A model generated the notes under the pieces. It saw only the letters and a program-made list of their open reading frames with translations. It was not told where the DNA came from and searched no databases. Positions 20,939-42,853 of a stretch of DNA of 64,000 nucleotides are shown here, piece after piece; positions within the stretch are counted from its first letter, which is position 1; the number at the start of each line of letters is the position of its first letter. The position numbers were made by a program, and so were the translations under genes. Origin of the DNA: Alphaproteobacteria bacterium (GTDB lineage: Bacteria; Pseudomonadota; Alphaproteobacteria; Bin95); the NCBI GenBank assembly GCA_964291285.2, contig OZ219786.1:1312001-1376000 (forward strand), in the 5' to 3' direction.

Positions 20939-21306
20939 CACAGCACCTCCGGGGCGAGCGAGATGATCTTCATGAACCGCTTGGCGCGCAGCTCGCGCGT
21001 TACCGGGCCGAAAATGCGCGTGCCGACCGGCTCGTTCTGCGGGCTCAGAATCACCGCGGCATTGCGGTCGAAGCGGATCGCAGTGCCGTCGGGCCGCGTC
21101 ACTTCCTTCTTGGTGCGCACCACCACCGCGCGGCGGATTTCGCCCTTGCGCACGCGGCCGCGCGGGATCGCCTCCTTCACGGAGACGACGATGATGTCGC
21201 CCACCGACGCCGTCCGGCGGCCGGTGCCCCCGAGCACCCGGATGCACTGCACCCGGCGGGCCCCGGAGTTGTCGGCGACGTCGAGACTGGTCTCGACCTG
21301 GATCAT
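20938..21306 (-). CDS. rplN: 50S ribosomal protein L14
   Basis: VADNSGA and [12 protein letters not shown]. Confidence 0.98.
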   Translation of the reverse strand: MIQVETSLDVADNSGARRVQCIRVLGGTGRRTASVGDIIVVSVKEAIPRGRVRKGEIRRAVVVRTKKEVTRPDGTAIRFDRNAAVILSPQNEPVGTRIFGPVTRELRAKRFMKIISLAPEVL

Positions 21307-21569
21307 GCCCCGGCCTCCCCGGACGCCCGTTCCTCACCCACGCGGCCGAGCGCCGTCCAGCGCTTGCGCCTGGAGATCGGGCGGTGCTCCTCAATCCGCA
21401 CGGTATCGCCTTCGCGATACAGGTTCTCCTCGTCATGCGCGGCGAACTTCTTCGAGCGCGTGATGAACTTCTTGTAGAGCGGATGGCGCACACGGCGGTC
21501 GACGCGGACGATGATCGTCTTGTCCATCTTGTCGCTGACCACGACGCCCTGAAGGATTCGTTTCGGCAT
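21303..21569 (-). CDS. rpsQ: 30S ribosomal protein S17
   Basis: [17 protein letters not shown] and RPISRRKRW. Confidence 0.97.
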   Translation of the reverse strand: MPKRILQGVVVSDKMDKTIIVRVDRRVRHPLYKKFITRSKKFAAHDEENLYREGDTVRIEEHRPISRRKRWTALGRVGEERASGEAGA

Positions 21570-21582
21570 GGCGGTGTCGTCC

Positions 21583-21786
21583 TCAGGCCCCGGCCGCCGC
21601 GCGGCTCTTCTCGCCGAGGATCGTCTTGATCCTGGCGATGTCCCGGCGCACCTTGCGTATCTCGGCGGTGTTTTCGAGCTGACCCGACGCTCTCTGGAAG
21701 CGCAGGTTGAAGGCCGCCTTCTGGAGGTCCTCCAGAAGCTCCGACAGCTCGTCTGCGGTGCGTGCGCGCACATCGATCGCCTTCAT
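21583..21786 (-). CDS. rpmC: 50S ribosomal protein L29
   Basis: FNLRFQ...GQL...[10 protein letters not shown]. Confidence 0.96.
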   Translation of the reverse strand: MKAIDVRARTADELSELLEDLQKAAFNLRFQRASGQLENTAEIRKVRRDIARIKTILGEKSRAAAGA

Positions 21787-21790
21787 GGCC

Positions 21791-22204
21791 TCAGACCCCG
21801 TCGCGGACGACCACGCGGGTCGCAATCGGCAGCTTCGCGGAAGCGAGCGCAAAGGCGTCGCGGGCTACGGTCTCGGGCACGCCGTCGAGCTCGAACATGA
21901 TCCGCCCGGGCTTGACCTTCGCCACCCAGTATTCCGGTGAGCCCTTGCCCTTGCCCATGCGCACCTCGGCCGGTTTGGTCGAGACCGGCACATCCGGGAA
22001 GATGCGGATCCACACCTTGCCGGCGCGGCGCATCCGGCGGGTGATCGTGCGCCGGGCGGCCTCGATCTGCCGGGCGGTAATCCTGGCCGGCGCTGCAGCC
22101 TTCAGCCCATAGCTGCCGAAAGTCAGCGCCGTGCCGCCCTTCGCCATGCCGTGGATGCGCCCCTTCTGCCGCTTGCGGTATTTCGTGCGCCTCGGTTGCA
22201 GCAT
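21791..22204 (-). CDS. rplP: 50S ribosomal protein L16
   Basis: WIRIFPD and RMGKGKG. Confidence 0.98.
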   Translation of the reverse strand: MLQPRRTKYRKRQKGRIHGMAKGGTALTFGSYGLKAAAPARITARQIEAARRTITRRMRRAGKVWIRIFPDVPVSTKPAEVRMGKGKGSPEYWVAKVKPGRIMFELDGVPETVARDAFALASAKLPIATRVVVRDGV

Positions 22205-22216
22205 AGCCCCGCCTCC

Positions 22217-22900
22217 TCAGCGGCCCATCGCGGCGCGTTCTTCGGCGAGCCGCTTGTCCTGCGCCATCGGGTCGTGCGCCATGATCTCGCCCTTGAACAC
22301 CCAGACCTTCACCCCGCAGGAGCCGTAGGTCGTGTTCGCGGTCGCTTCGCCATAGTCGATATCGGCCCGGAGCGTGTGCAGCGGCACCCGGCCCTCGCGA
22401 TACCATTCGGTGCGTGCGATCTCCGCGCCGCCGAGGCGCCCGCCCACATTGATGCGGATGCCGAGCGCGCCGAGGCGCATCGCCGACTGCACCGCCCGCT
22501 TCATCGCACGCCGGAACGCAACGCGGCGCTCGAGCTGCTGGGCGATATTGTCGGCCACCAGCCGCGCGTCGATCTCGGGCTTGCGGATTTCGACGATGTT
22601 GAGGTTGACATCGCTGTTGGTCATCTGCCCGAGCGTGGTACGCAGCCGCTCGATATCGGCGCCCTTCTTGCCGATCACCACACCCGGCCGGGCGGTGTGG
22701 ATGGTGACGCGCGCCTTCTTCGCCGGACGCTCGATGACGATCTTGGAGAGGCCGGCATTCTGGAGCCGTTTCTCCAGGAAGTCGCGGATCCTGAGGTCCT
22801 CATGCAGCAGGTCGCCATAGTCGCGGTCGGCATACCAGCGCGAGTTCCAGGTCCGGTTGATGCCGAGCCGGAGCCCGATCGGGTTGACTTTATGGCCCAT
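22217..22900 (-). CDS. rpsC: 30S ribosomal protein S3
   Basis: [12 protein letters not shown] and [14 protein letters not shown]. Confidence 0.98.
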   Translation of the reverse strand: MGHKVNPIGLRLGINRTWNSRWYADRDYGDLLHEDLRIRDFLEKRLQNAGLSKIVIERPAKKARVTIHTARPGVVIGKKGADIERLRTTLGQMTNSDVNLNIVEIRKPEIDARLVADNIAQQLERRVAFRRAMKRAVQSAMRLGALGIRINVGGRLGGAEIARTEWYREGRVPLHTLRADIDYGEATANTTYGSCGVKVWVFKGEIMAHDPMAQDKRLAEERAAMGR

Positions 22901-23352
22901 CACACACGCTCCTCGACCGCATCCCCGTCGTCGGCGACGACCACCTCATCCTCGTCGTCGAGGACAAGCAATTCGTCCTCGTCCGGCAGTTCCCGCACCA
23001 CAACGCGGAGATTGCTGAACGGCTTCTCCAGCCGCCCGACCCGGCCCCTGGCGCGGGGCCGCATCCGCTTCATCACGATCGTCCGCCCGACCGTCGCCTC
23101 GGCCACCACAAGCCGATCGATGTCGAGCTCGTGGTTGTTCTCCGCATTCGCGACCGCGGACTGCACGGCCTTGCGGACGTCCTCCGCCACGCGCTTCTTC
23201 GAGAAGGCGAGCGTATCGAGCGCCGCCTCGACGCTCAGGCCGCGAATGCTCTCGGCGACCAGATTCAGCTTGCGCGGGCTCGTGCGGATATATTTCACGT
23301 AAGCCAGCGCCTCATTCTCGGCCAGACGGGGTTCTGCCTTCGGTTTACCCAT
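22900..23352 (-). CDS. rplV: 50S ribosomal protein L22 with acidic C-terminal extension
   Basis: [18 protein letters not shown] and PRARGR. Confidence 0.96.
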   Translation of the reverse strand: MGKPKAEPRLAENEALAYVKYIRTSPRKLNLVAESIRGLSVEAALDTLAFSKKRVAEDVRKAVQSAVANAENNHELDIDRLVVAEATVGRTIVMKRMRPRARGRVGRLEKPFSNLRVVVRELPDEDELLVLDDEDEVVVADDGDAVEERV

Positions 23353-23356
23353 CGCC

Positions 23357-23635
23357 TCAGCCCCGCCTCGCCTTCTTGTCCGCCGCATGCCCGTAGAAGG
23401 TCCGGGTCGGCGCGAACTCGCCGAACTTGTGTCCGACCATATCCTCGGTAACCAGGACCGGCAGGAATTTCTGCCCGTTATGGACGCCGAAAGTGAGCCC
23501 GACGAATTGCGGCAGGATCGTGGACCGCCTCGACCAGGTGCGGATCACCTCCTTGCGGCCCGACCCGCGCACCGCCTCGGCTTTCCTGAGCAGATAGCCG
23601 TCCACGAAGGGGCCTTTCCAAACCGAACGCGACAT
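23357..23635 (-). CDS. rpsS: 30S ribosomal protein S19
   Basis: RSVWKGPF and [13 protein letters not shown]. Confidence 0.98.
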   Translation of the reverse strand: MSRSVWKGPFVDGYLLRKAEAVRGSGRKEVIRTWSRRSTILPQFVGLTFGVHNGQKFLPVLVTEDMVGHKFGEFAPTRTFYGHAADKKARRG

Positions 23636-23639
23636 GGAT

Positions 23640-24479
23640 CTAGCCTCTCGTCTTGGCGCGGTGCCGGCTGCGCAGGATCATCTTGTCGGACGCTTTCTTC
23701 TTCCTCGTCCGCCGGCCTTTGGTCGGCTTGCCCCAAGGCGTCACGGGATGGCGCCCGCCCGAGGTCCTGCCCTCGCCGCCGCCATGAGGATGGTCCACGG
23801 GATTCATCACCACGCCGCGCACATGCGGGCGCCGGCCGAGCCAGCGGTTGCGCCCCGCCTTGGCAAGCGTCTGGTTGCCGTGGTCCGAGTTCGAGACCGC
23901 GCCGATGGACGCCATGCACTCATGCGGCACCATGCGGGTTTCGCCGGACTTGAAACGCAGCCGCGCCATGCCGGCATCGCGCCCAACAAGCTGCACATAG
24001 GTTCCGGCGGCGCGCGCTACCTGCCCGCCCTTGCCCGGCTTCAGCTCGACATTGTGAACGATGGTGCCAATCGGAATCCGGCGCAGCGGCATGGCGTTGC
24101 CGGGCTTCACATCCACCTCCCGGCCAGCGACCACCGTGTCGCCCGGCTGGAGGCGCTGCGGCGCCAGGATGTAGGACAACTCGCCGTCCTCATACCGGAT
24201 GAGCGCGATGAAGGCCGTGCGGTTGGGGTCGTATTCCAGCCGCTCCACCACCGCCGGCTGCTCCCATTTGCGCCGCCTGAAGTCGATCCGGCGGTATTTG
24301 CGCTTGTGGCCGCCGCCGCGCCAGAAGACGGTCGTGCGCCCCTGGTTGTTGCGCCCGCCCGTGCCGGTGAGCCCCTCTGTCAGCGCCTTGACCGGCTTGC
24401 CCTTGTGCAGCCCGCTGCGGTCCACCAGCACCAGCCCGCGGCGGCCCGGCGAAGTCGGCTTGTAGTGCTTGAGCGCCAT
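23640..24479 (-). CDS. rplB: 50S ribosomal protein L2
   Basis: EYDPNRTA and [13 protein letters not shown]. Confidence 0.98.
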   Translation of the reverse strand: MALKHYKPTSPGRRGLVLVDRSGLHKGKPVKALTEGLTGTGGRNNQGRTTVFWRGGGHKRKYRRIDFRRRKWEQPAVVERLEYDPNRTAFIALIRYEDGELSYILAPQRLQPGDTVVAGREVDVKPGNAMPLRRIPIGTIVHNVELKPGKGGQVARAAGTYVQLVGRDAGMARLRFKSGETRMVPHECMASIGAVSNSDHGNQTLAKAGRNRWLGRRPHVRGVVMNPVDHPHGGGEGRTSGGRHPVTPWGKPTKGRRTRKKKASDKMILRSRHRAKTRG

Positions 24480-24483
24480 CGCC

Positions 24484-24816
24484 TCAGATCCCCGTGGTCA
24501 CATCGACCGAGTGACCCTCTTCGAGCGTCACCACCGCCTTTTTCCAGTCCGGACGCTTGCCCGCTATCCCCCGGAACCGTTTGGTCTTGCCCTTGACCCT
24601 CATCGTGTTGACCTTCTTCACCTTCACCGAGAACAGGCTCTCGACGGCCTGGAGAATTTCCGGCTTGGTGGCATCCATCGCCACACGGAAGGTGATCTGG
24701 TTGTGCTCGCCGATCAGGGTTGATTTCTCGGTGACGACCGGCGCCCTGATGACGGCGAGCATGCGCTCGCGTCCGATCCGGGGCGGAGGGCGCCCGATGG
24801 CGCGCGCGCGGCTCAT
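24484..24816 (-). CDS. rplW: 50S ribosomal protein L23
   Basis: PVVTEKS and WKKAVVTL. Confidence 0.96.
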   Translation of the reverse strand: MSRARAIGRPPPRIGRERMLAVIRAPVVTEKSTLIGEHNQITFRVAMDATKPEILQAVESLFSVKVKKVNTMRVKGKTKRFRGIAGKRPDWKKAVVTLEEGHSVDVTTGI

Positions 24817-25433
24817 GACAGGCGCTCCTCAAGATGAGCGGCCGCCTCGCGCGTCAGTACCAGCACGTCGCGCCGCAGAATGTCATAGACATTGGCGCCC
24901 ACGCGCGGCAGCACGTCGATTCCGACGATGTTGGCCGCAGCCCGGCGGAAATTCTCGTCCACCGTCTCGCCGCCCACGATCAGCGCCGAATCGAGTTCCA
25001 TCTCCCGGAGCCGGTTCGCCAGATCGCGCGTGCGCCCGCTTTCCAGCGCGAGGTCCTCGACCACGATCAGCTTCCCGGCCTGCGTCTTCGACGCCAGCGC
25101 CGCGCGCAGCCCCGCGGCCCGGACCTTCTTCGGCAGCTTGTGGGCGTGGTCGCGGACCCGGGGCCCGTGGACGACGCCGCCGCCGCGGAAGATATTCGCC
25201 GTCGCCGCGCCGTGGCGGGCCCGTCCCGTGCCCTTCTGGCGGTATATCTTGGATTTGACGCGCGCGATCTCGCTGCGTTCCTTGACCTTGTGGTTGCCGC
25301 CGCGCTTCTTCGCGCGTTGCCAGTTCACCACGCGGGCCAGCAGGTCGCGGCGCACCTCGCCGCCGAACACGCCGTCGGCAAGCTCGATGCTGCCGGTTTC
25401 GCGGTTGTCCCAATCCTTGACCGGGAGCTGCAT
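24813..25433 (-). CDS. rplD: 50S ribosomal protein L4
   Basis: [11 protein letters not shown] and RGGGVVHGP. Confidence 0.98.
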   Translation of the reverse strand: MQLPVKDWDNRETGSIELADGVFGGEVRRDLLARVVNWQRAKKRGGNHKVKERSEIARVKSKIYRQKGTGRARHGAATANIFRGGGVVHGPRVRDHAHKLPKKVRAAGLRAALASKTQAGKLIVVEDLALESGRTRDLANRLREMELDSALIVGGETVDENFRRAAANIVGIDVLPRVGANVYDILRRDVLVLTREAAAHLEERLS

Positions 25434-25437
25434 CTTC

Positions 25438-26157
25438 CTACTCCCCGCTCTCGCCGGCCGGCATTTCGGCTTCCGCTTCTTCCGGCGCCTTGAGGCCGGC
25501 CGGGAACGGCGCGTCCTCAGGCAGCCTGCGCTTGCGCGCGTCGGACACCAGCACCCAGCCGCCCTTCGCGCCCGGCACCGCGCCCTTCACCATGATGAGG
25601 CCGCGCTCAACGTCGGTATCGACCACTTCCAGGTTCTGCACTGTGGCCCGCGCATCGCCCATATGGCCGGCCATCTTCTTGCCTTTCCAGACCTTGCCCG
25701 GATTCTGGCTGTTGCCGGTGGAACCGTGCGAGCGGTGCGAGATGGAGACGCCGTGCGACGCGCGGAGGCCGCGGAAATTGTGCCGCTTCATCGCCCCGGC
25801 GAAACCCTTGCCGATGCTCGTGCCCGAAACATCGACATGCTGGCCCTTCACGAAATGGTCGGCGGCAAGCTCCGCGCCCACCTCGACCAGCGCGTCTTCC
25901 GAAACCCGGAACTCGGCGAGACGCCTCGCCGGTTCGACCTTCGCCTTCGCGAAATGGCCGCGCATCGGACGGGTGACCCGCTTGGTACGCGCCATGCCGG
26001 CGCCGAGTTGCAGCGCCGTATAGCCGTCCGGCTCCTCGCGGCGCTGCGCGACCACGCGGCAGCGGTCGAGCGACAGCACCGTGACCGGCACATGCGCGCC
26101 CGTTTCCGCAAACATGCGCATCATGCCGAGCTTGCGGGCAATGACGCCGGTTCGCAT
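25438..26157 (-). CDS. rplC: 50S ribosomal protein L3
   Basis: GKGFAG.MKRH and [10 protein letters not shown]. Confidence 0.97.
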   Translation of the reverse strand: MRTGVIARKLGMMRMFAETGAHVPVTVLSLDRCRVVAQRREEPDGYTALQLGAGMARTKRVTRPMRGHFAKAKVEPARRLAEFRVSEDALVEVGAELAADHFVKGQHVDVSGTSIGKGFAGAMKRHNFRGLRASHGVSISHRSHGSTGNSQNPGKVWKGKKMAGHMGDARATVQNLEVVDTDVERGLIMVKGAVPGAKGGWVLVSDARKRRLPEDAPFPAGLKAPEEAEAEMPAGESGE

Positions 26158-26173
26158 CGACCCCGAGCCTCCC

Positions 26174-26482
26174 TCAGACCTTGATCTCGACATCGACGCC
26201 GGCCGCGAGATCGAGCTTCATCAGCGCGTCCACGGTCTGCGGCGTCGGATCGACGATATCGAGCACCCGGCGATGGGTGCGCATCTCGAACTGCTCGCGG
26301 CTCTTCTTGTCGATATGAGGGCCGCGCAGCACGGTGTAGCGCTGGATGCGCACGGGCAGCGGAATCGGCCCGCGCACCTGGGCGCCGGTGCGCTTCGCCG
26401 TACTCACGATCTCGCCGGTGGACTGGTCGAGAACCCGGTGGTCGAACGCCTTCAGGCGTATGCGGATATTCTGGTGATCCAT
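26174..26482 (-). CDS. rpsJ: 30S ribosomal protein S10
   Basis: [10 protein letters not shown] and [11 protein letters not shown]. Confidence 0.98.
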   Translation of the reverse strand: MDHQNIRIRLKAFDHRVLDQSTGEIVSTAKRTGAQVRGPIPLPVRIQRYTVLRGPHIDKKSREQFEMRTHRRVLDIVDPTPQTVDALMKLDLAAGVDVEIKV

Positions 26483-26526
26483 GGCACTCGGTCTCTCGTT
26501 CCGGCGTCCCGGCGGCTGGGCGTCGT

Positions 26527-27717
26527 TCAGTCGTCGATGGAGGCGACGACGCCGGCGCCGACGGTGCGTCCGCCCTCGCGGATCGCAAACCGCAACCCCT
26601 CGTCCATCGCTATCGGCGCAATCAGGTTCACCCCCATCGACACATTGTCCCCGGGAAGGACCATCTCAACTCCCTCAGGCAACTCTACCGTCCCCGTAAC
26701 GTCCGTCGTGCGGAAGTAAAACTGAGGACGGTAGTTCGAGAAAAACGGCGTGTGACGACCACCCTCGTCCTTCGTCAGAACATAGCACTCGCAGTGGAAC
26801 TTCGTGTGAGGACGGATCGAACCGGGGCGCGCCAATACCTGGCCGCGCTCCACCTCGTCACGCTTCGTGCCACGAAGCAGAACACCCACATTGTCACCCG
26901 CCTCGCCCTGGTCCAGAAGCTTCCGGAACATCTCGACGCCCGTGCAAACCGTCTTCGTCGTCTCCTTCAGGCCCACAATCTCAACATCGTCGCCCACCTT
27001 CACGATACCCTGCTCGACACGCCCCGTAACAACCGTCCCGCGTCCCGAGATCGAAAACACGTCCTCGATCGGCATCAGGAACGGGCGGTCCTTCGGGCGG
27101 TCCGGCTGCGGCACATACTCATCCACCGCCTCCATCAGGTCCAGAACCGACTGGCGACCCTGCGCAACGTCACCGTCCTCAAGCGCCGCCAAAGCCGAAC
27201 CCTTCACCACCGGAATGTCGTCGCCCGGAAAGTCGTAGCTCGACAAAAGCTCACGGACCTCCAACTCGACAAGCTCCAGAAGCTCCTCGTCGTCAACCTG
27301 GTCGACCTTGTTCATGTAAACAACAAGTGCCGGAACGCCGACCTGGCGCGCCAGAAGAATGTGCTCCCGCGTCTGCGGCATCGGGCCGTCCGCTGCGCTC
27401 ACAACGAGAATCGCGCCGTCCATCTGCGCAGCTCCCGTGATCATGTTCTTCACATAGTCCGCATGGCCCGGGCAATCCACATGCGCGTAGTGGCGCGACC
27501 CCGTCTCATACTCGACATGCGCCGTCGAGATCGTGATGCCCCGGGCCTTCTCCTCCGGAGCCTTGTCAATCTGGTCATACGCCGTGAACTCGGCGCCACC
27601 GGCCTCCGCCAGGATCTTCGTGATCGCCGCCGTCAGCGTCGTCTTGCCATGATCAACATGGCCGATCGTACCTATGTTGCAATGCGGCTTCGTGCGCTCA
27701 AATCGAGCCTTGCCCAT
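26527..27717 (-). CDS. tufA: Elongation factor Tu (str operon copy)
   Basis: [17 protein letters not shown] and NKVD. Confidence 0.99.
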   Translation of the reverse strand: MGKARFERTKPHCNIGTIGHVDHGKTTLTAAITKILAEAGGAEFTAYDQIDKAPEEKARGITISTAHVEYETGSRHYAHVDCPGHADYVKNMITGAAQMDGAILVVSAADGPMPQTREHILLARQVGVPALVVYMNKVDQVDDEELLELVELEVRELLSSYDFPGDDIPVVKGSALAALEDGDVAQGRQSVLDLMEAVDEYVPQPDRPKDRPFLMPIEDVFSISGRGTVVTGRVEQGIVKVGDDVEIVGLKETTKTVCTGVEMFRKLLDQGEAGDNVGVLLRGTKRDEVERGQVLARPGSIRPHTKFHCECYVLTKDEGGRHTPFFSNYRPQFYFRTTDVTGTVELPEGVEMVLPGDNVSMGVNLIAPIAMDEGLRFAIREGGRTVGAGVVASIDD

Positions 27718-27746
27718 GATTCCCGTGCCCCTCTTTTTCCCTGCCG

Positions 27747-29822
<2,076 letters not shown>

Positions 29823-29846
29823 GGGAGGGTGCTCCGGCTCTGTCCG

Positions 29847-30317
29847 TTACCAGCGGTAGTGCGAGAAGGCCCGGTTGGCCTCGGCCATCCGGTGGGTGTC
29901 CTCGCGCTTCTTGACCGCCGCGCCGCGCTGGTTGATGGCGTCGATCAGCTCGCCGCTGAGCCGGTCGATCATGGTCTTTTCAGACCGCTTGCGCGCCACG
30001 TCGATCAACCAGCGGATCGCCAGCGCCTGCGCCCGGTCCGGGCGCACCTCGACCGGCACCTGGTAGGTGGCGCCGCCCACCCGCCGGGACCGTACTTCAA
30101 GATTAGGACGCACATTGTCGAGCGCGGCGTGGAAGACCTGCAGCGCATCGACGCCGGCGCGCCGCTCCGCCCTTTCCAGGGCCCCGTAAACGATGTGCTC
30201 GGCCGTGGACTTCTTGCCGTCCAGCATCAGGCAATTGACGAATTTGGAGATCACCGCATCCCCGTATCGCGGATCGGGGATCGGCTCGCGTTTTTCTGCT
30301 GCACGGCGGCGCGACAT
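29847..30317 (-). CDS. rpsG: 30S ribosomal protein S7
   Basis: [12 protein letters not shown] and [10 protein letters not shown]. Confidence 0.98.
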   Translation of the reverse strand: MSRRRAAEKREPIPDPRYGDAVISKFVNCLMLDGKKSTAEHIVYGALERAERRAGVDALQVFHAALDNVRPNLEVRSRRVGGATYQVPVEVRPDRAQALAIRWLIDVARKRSEKTMIDRLSGELIDAINQRGAAVKKREDTHRMAEANRAFSHYRW

Positions 30318-30332
30318 GGCTTCCGGTCCCCT

Positions 30333-30704
30333 CTACCTCGGACGCTTGGCGCCGTATTTCGACCGGCGCTGGCGACGGTCGGCGACCCCCTGCGTGTCCA
30401 GCGTGCCGCGAATGATATGGTAGCGCACACCCGGCAGGTCCTTCACGCGCCCGCCCCGGATCAGGACGACCGAGTGCTCCTGGAGGTTGTGGCCGACGCC
30501 CGGGATGTAGCTCGTTACCTCGAAGCCGTTGGTCAGGCGCACGCGCGCCACCTTGCGCAACGCCGAGTTAGGCTTTTTCGGCGTGGTCGTATAGACGCGC
30601 GTACAGACGCCGCGCTTCTGGGGACACGCCTCCAGCGCCGGCACCTTGTTGCGCGCCCTGGGCGCGGTCCGCGACTTGCGGATCAACTGGTTGATCGTCG
30701 GCAT
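30333..30704 (-). CDS. rpsL: 30S ribosomal protein S12
   Basis: MPTINQL, PKKPNSA and RVKDLPG. Confidence 0.98.
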   Translation of the reverse strand: MPTINQLIRKSRTAPRARNKVPALEACPQKRGVCTRVYTTTPKKPNSALRKVARVRLTNGFEVTSYIPGVGHNLQEHSVVLIRGGRVKDLPGVRYHIIRGTLDTQGVADRRQRRSKYGAKRPR

Positions 30705-30922
30705 TGCGCCTCCTTGCACCGTCTGCCCCCGCCCGGAGAAGCGGCCTGCGGACCCCGCAGGACCGAAAGCGAACCGGCCGCCTCCGCGTGCCGCGCGCAG
30801 GCTCGCCTGAGCGTTGGGGTGTCCGGAAAATCGAACTCCGCTCGGCCCCAGACCGGCTCGGAGACGCGTCTAAACCCGCCGCAAGCGGGTTTACCGCCGC
30901 CTCCCCGAATAAGGCTGGCGGG

Positions 30923-30951
30923 CTTTTAACGGTGCGGCCGGAGGGCGTCAA
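30923..30951 (-). promoter_or_regulatory. Putative sigma70 promoter of the str operon
   Basis: TTGACG-17bp-TAAAAG; the missing -7 T is common in Alphaproteobacteria. Confidence 0.5.
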
Positions 30952-30998
30952 GCACCGAAAAGCGCCCGCCCGCCGGTTTTCGCACCGCCAGCCCTGCG

Positions 30999-35168
<4,170 letters not shown>

Positions 35169-35211
35169 GCGGTGACTCCAGAGCGGGTTGCGGACAGCGG
35201 CGGACGCGCCA

Positions 35212-39363
<4,152 letters not shown>

Positions 39364-39547
39364 GTCCGATCCACCCTGTTCCACGCCGGCCGGCGGCCGG
39401 CGGCAAGATCATTGTTTAACTGGGTTGCGGCACGAAAATGGCAAACGGCAGCGAAGCCGCGCGCCCCTCTTCCGGGCCCGCAGCCGCGCCTGCCCCTGAT
39501 TTCCGGCCCGGAAACCGGGCCGTTGTCCATTCGGCCGGTCAATCCGG

Positions 39548-39922
39548 CTACTTCAGTTCTACCGTGGCGCCCGCTCCTTCGAGCTTCTCCTTCAACTCCT
39601 CGCCTTCGTCCTTGCTCACGCCTTCCTTGACGGGCTTCGGCGCGGACTCGACCAGCTCCTTGGCCTCCTTGAGGCCGAGGCCGGTAATGGCCCGGATTTC
39701 CTTGATCACATTGATCTTCTTTTCGCCGAAGGACGCCAGGATGACATCGAATTCGGTCTGCTCTTCCACAGCGGCGGCAGCTTCGCCGTTCGACGCCGCG
39801 GCGACCGCGACCGGCGCGGCGGCGGACACGCCCCACTTCTCTTCGAGCATCTTGGACAATTCCGCCGCCTGGATGACGGTCAGTTCCGAAAGTTCGTCGG
39901 CGAGTTTCTGTAGATCGGCCAT
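39548..39922 (-). CDS. rplL: 50S ribosomal protein L7/L12
   Basis: [19 protein letters not shown]. Confidence 0.98.
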   Translation of the reverse strand: MADLQKLADELSELTVIQAAELSKMLEEKWGVSAAAPVAVAAASNGEAAAAVEEQTEFDVILASFGEKKINVIKEIRAITGLGLKEAKELVESAPKPVKEGVSKDEGEELKEKLEGAGATVELK

Positions 39923-39986
39923 CTGTTGTTACTCCTGGGTTCGCTTTCCGGTTCGTGTTTGGCTCAAGTCTGCCGGCTGCGGGCGG

Positions 39987-40496
39987 TCAGCCCGAGTCGC
40001 CGCGGGCCGAGAAGACGCGCGCAAGCTGCGCGCCGGGTTCGCCCAGCAGGCGCGCAATCTTGCTTCCCGGCGCCTGCAGCAGCCCCACGATCTTGCCCCG
40101 CAACTCGTCCAGCGAGGGCAGCTTCGCGAGCGTGTCCACCCCCACTTCGTCCAGCGTCTCGGCACCGAGCATGCCGCCCAGCACGGAGAGCTTGCCGTTC
40201 TCATTGGCATAGTCGACGGCCACCTTGGCCGCCGCCACCGGGTCGGCCGAGAACGCGACCGCCGTCGGGCCGGAGAACAGGGGCTGGATATCGGCGAAGG
40301 CTGTCTTTTCCAGCGCGCGTTTCGCCAGCCGGTTCTTGGTGACCCGGAACGTAACGCCCGCCGCGCGCATGCGCCGGCGCAGGTCCGTCATCTCGGCCAC
40401 CGTCAGTCCGGAATGCCGGGTCACGACCATGAGTTCGGCGCTGCCGAAGCTCTCGGTCATGTTCCGGACCAATTCCTCTTTCTGCTTCTTGAGCAA
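39987..40496 (-). CDS. rplJ: 50S ribosomal protein L10
   Basis: GLTVAEMTDLRR, KNRLAKRA and LPSLDELR; TTG start. Confidence 0.97.
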   Translation of the reverse strand: MLKKQKEELVRNMTESFGSAELMVVTRHSGLTVAEMTDLRRRMRAAGVTFRVTKNRLAKRALEKTAFADIQPLFSGPTAVAFSADPVAAAKVAVDYANENGKLSVLGGMLGAETLDEVGVDTLAKLPSLDELRGKIVGLLQAPGSKIARLLGEPGAQLARVFSARGDSG

Positions 40497-40603
40497 GGGG
40501 TCCTCTCCTGGGTGGGGCCTGGGCCCCGGTTGGTGTTGACCGCCCTTGCGGACGGCGTCGGACCCTGTCCCGGAAGCGGACGCCGGTCGCCCGGCGCCTT
40601 CCT

Positions 40604-40675
40604 CCCGTCTAGCGTCGGCGCTTTCGCTTTAGGTCCGGCCTGCGGGCAGGCGCGGACACCGACGGTCTCGGACAG
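40604..40675 (-). ncRNA. Ribosomal protein L10 leader (autoregulatory RNA)
   Basis: CTGTCCGAGACCGTCGGTG...CCGACGCTAGACGGG pairing pattern in the rplA-rplJ spacer. Confidence 0.65.
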
Positions 40676-40695
40676 GTTTCTTTCGGCGGCCCGGT

Positions 40696-41400
40696 TCAGC
40701 CCGCTCCGCCGAGAGCGCTTGCATCCACGCGCACGCCCGGCCCCATCGTGGAACTCAGCGTGACGCGCTTGATATAGGTTCCCTTGGCGCCGGTGGGCTT
40801 GGCGCGCAGTATGGCGTCGAAGAAAGCGCGGGCATTGCCTTCCAGCGCCTCCTGCTCGAAGCTCGCCTTGCCGATGCCGGCATGCACGATTCCGGCCCGT
40901 TCGACCCGGAACTGCACCTGGCCGCCCTTGGCCGCCCGCACGGCGTCCGCCACATCCATGGTCACGGTGCCGAGGCGCGGGTTCGGCATCAGGCCGCGGG
41001 GGCCCAGAACGCGGCCGAGCCGGCCCACCACCGGCATGGTGTCCGGCGTGGCGATGGCGCGGTCGAAGGCAATCTCGCCCCCGCTGATCGTCTCGGCGAG
41101 ATCTTCCGCGCCCACCAGGTCGGCGCCCGCCTCCCGGGCCTCGTCGGCCTTCGCGCCGCGCGCGAACACCGCCACCCGAACCGGCTTGCCGGTGCCGTGC
41201 GGCAGGTCGCAAACCCCGCGCACCATCTGGTCCGCATGGCGCGGGTCGACGCCGAGATTGATCGCGATATCGACCGTTTCGTCGAATTTGGCGCCGGCCC
41301 GCTCCCGGACCAGGCGCACCGCTTCCGTGAGTTCGTGCTCGACGGTGCGGTCCACGCCGTCCCACGCGGCGCGCATCCGCTTGCCCTTGCGGCTCGCCAT
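40696..41400 (-). CDS. rplA: 50S ribosomal protein L1
   Basis: KFDETV, LPHGTGK and [10 protein letters not shown]. Confidence 0.98.
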   Translation of the reverse strand: MASRKGKRMRAAWDGVDRTVEHELTEAVRLVRERAGAKFDETVDIAINLGVDPRHADQMVRGVCDLPHGTGKPVRVAVFARGAKADEAREAGADLVGAEDLAETISGGEIAFDRAIATPDTMPVVGRLGRVLGPRGLMPNPRLGTVTMDVADAVRAAKGGQVQFRVERAGIVHAGIGKASFEQEALEGNARAFFDAILRAKPTGAKGTYIKRVTLSSTMGPGVRVDASALGGAG

Positions 41401-41404
41401 CGCG

Positions 41405-41836
41405 TCAGCCCTCCGTCACTTCGAGGCCCATGGACCGGGCGGAACCCGCAAGCATGGCCTCGGCGGCGTCGAGGTCGTTGGCGTTCAGGTCCTCCATCTT
41501 CGTCTCCGCGATCTCCCGCAGCTGCGCGCGCGTGACCTGGCCTGCACTCTCCCGGCCGGGCGTCTGGCTGCCCTTGTCGAGCCCCGCCGCGCGCCGCAGC
41601 AGGAAACTCGCCGGCGGCGTCTTCATCGTGAAGCTGAAGGACTTGTCCGCATAGACGGTGATGATCGTCGGAATCGGCATGCCCTGTTCCTGGGCCTGCG
41701 TTGCGGCGTTGAATGCCTTGCAGAACTCCATGATGTTCAGTCCGCGCTGTCCCAGAACCGGACCGATGGGCGGCTGCGGCGTGGCCTGCCCCGCCGGAAC
41801 CTGCAGCTTGATGTAGCCGCTGATTTTCTTTGCCAT
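41405..41836 (-). CDS. rplK: 50S ribosomal protein L11
   Basis: [20 protein letters not shown]. Confidence 0.98.
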   Translation of the reverse strand: MAKKISGYIKLQVPAGQATPQPPIGPVLGQRGLNIMEFCKAFNAATQAQEQGMPIPTIITVYADKSFSFTMKTPPASFLLRRAAGLDKGSQTPGRESAGQVTRAQLREIAETKMEDLNANDLDAAEAMLAGSARSMGLEVTEG

Positions 41837-41923
41837 TTCGGCTCCCCATATGCGGCGGCGCTGCTGCCGCCGGCGGTCACGGCCGGGGTCGGCCTCCCGC
41901 CTTCGCCTCGTTGCTGTTTGCGG

Positions 41924-42499
41924 TCAGGTTTTTTCCACTTGCGAATATTCGAGATCGACGGGCGTCGCGCGCCCGAAGATCGACACCGAAACCTTGAGCC
42001 GCGCGCGTTCCTCATCGACCTCTTCCACCACGCCGGTGAAGGAGGTGAACGGGCCGTCCGAGACCCGGACCTGCTCGCCGATGTCGTAGATGACCGAGGG
42101 ACGCGGGCGTTCGACCCCTTCGCTGACCTGGTAGAGGATGCGGTTGGCCTCGGGCTCGGATATCGGAATCGGCCGGTTGCCGCCGCCGCCGAGGAAGCCC
42201 GTGACCTTCGGCGTGTTCTTGACCAGATGCCAGACACGGTCGTCCGGACGGCTGCCCGTCCGCTCGGGCCGCTCGGCGTTCTGCTGCGTTTCCATCTTGA
42301 TGAGCACATAACCCGGGAAGAACTTGCGCTCCCCGGTCACGCGCCGCCCGCGCCGGATTTCGGCGACCTTTTCCATGGGCACGCTGATCTCCTCGATCAG
42401 CCCGCCCACGCCCTGCCGGTCCGCCTGCTCGCGGATCGCCGCTGCGACCTTCTGCTCGGAGCCCGAGTGGACATGGATGACGTACCAGAGCGCGGTCAC
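41924..42499 (-). CDS. nusG: Transcription antitermination factor NusG
   Basis: WYVIHVHSG, FPGYVL, TPKVTGF, KOW motif and IFGRATPV; GTG start. Confidence 0.97.
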   Translation of the reverse strand: MTALWYVIHVHSGSEQKVAAAIREQADRQGVGGLIEEISVPMEKVAEIRRGRRVTGERKFFPGYVLIKMETQQNAERPERTGSRPDDRVWHLVKNTPKVTGFLGGGGNRPIPISEPEANRILYQVSEGVERPRPSVIYDIGEQVRVSDGPFTSFTGVVEEVDEERARLKVSVSIFGRATPVDLEYSQVEKT

Positions 42500-42503
42500 G
42501 GCG

Positions 42504-42701
42504 CTATCCCCCGAGCCCGAGCACGACGCGCACGATCCACGCCAGGGCCTGGTCCACGACGAAGAAGAACAGCGCCGCCAGCGTCACCATGACGAACACC
42601 ATGGCCGTGGAGACGCCGGTCTCCCTGCGCGTCGGCCAGGTGACCTTCGCCGCCTCCTGGCGGACCTGGCGGATGAAAGCGCCGGGGCTGGTTCGCGCCA
42701 T
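42504..42701 (-). CDS. secE: Preprotein translocase subunit SecE
   Basis: KVTWPTRRE plus a single TM helix. Confidence 0.95.
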   Translation of the reverse strand: MARTSPGAFIRQVRQEAAKVTWPTRRETGVSTAMVFVMVTLAALFFFVVDQALAWIVRVVLGLGG

Positions 42702-42713
42702 GGCAGCCTCAGA

Positions 42714-42789
42714 TGGCAGGAGCAGCAGGACTCGAACCCGCAACCCCCGGTTTTGGAGACCGGTGCTCTACCAATTGAGCTATGCTCCT
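42714..42789 (-). tRNA. tRNA-Trp (CCA)
   Basis: Cloverleaf AGGAGCATAGCTCAATTGGTAGAGC..CTCCAAA..GGTTCGAGTCC..GCCA. Confidence 0.97.
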
Positions 42790-42853
42790 ACTGAGATTCA
42801 TGGCTTTACTTTCGGCCCTCCGCCGTTCAGTCATCGTTCGAGGCGCTGGCGCC

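Noticed and set aside
39504-39522. Hairpin after rplL as an intrinsic terminator
   Set aside because: The stem CGGCCCGG/CCGGGCCG is present but there is no U-tract on the coding strand, so it was not called.
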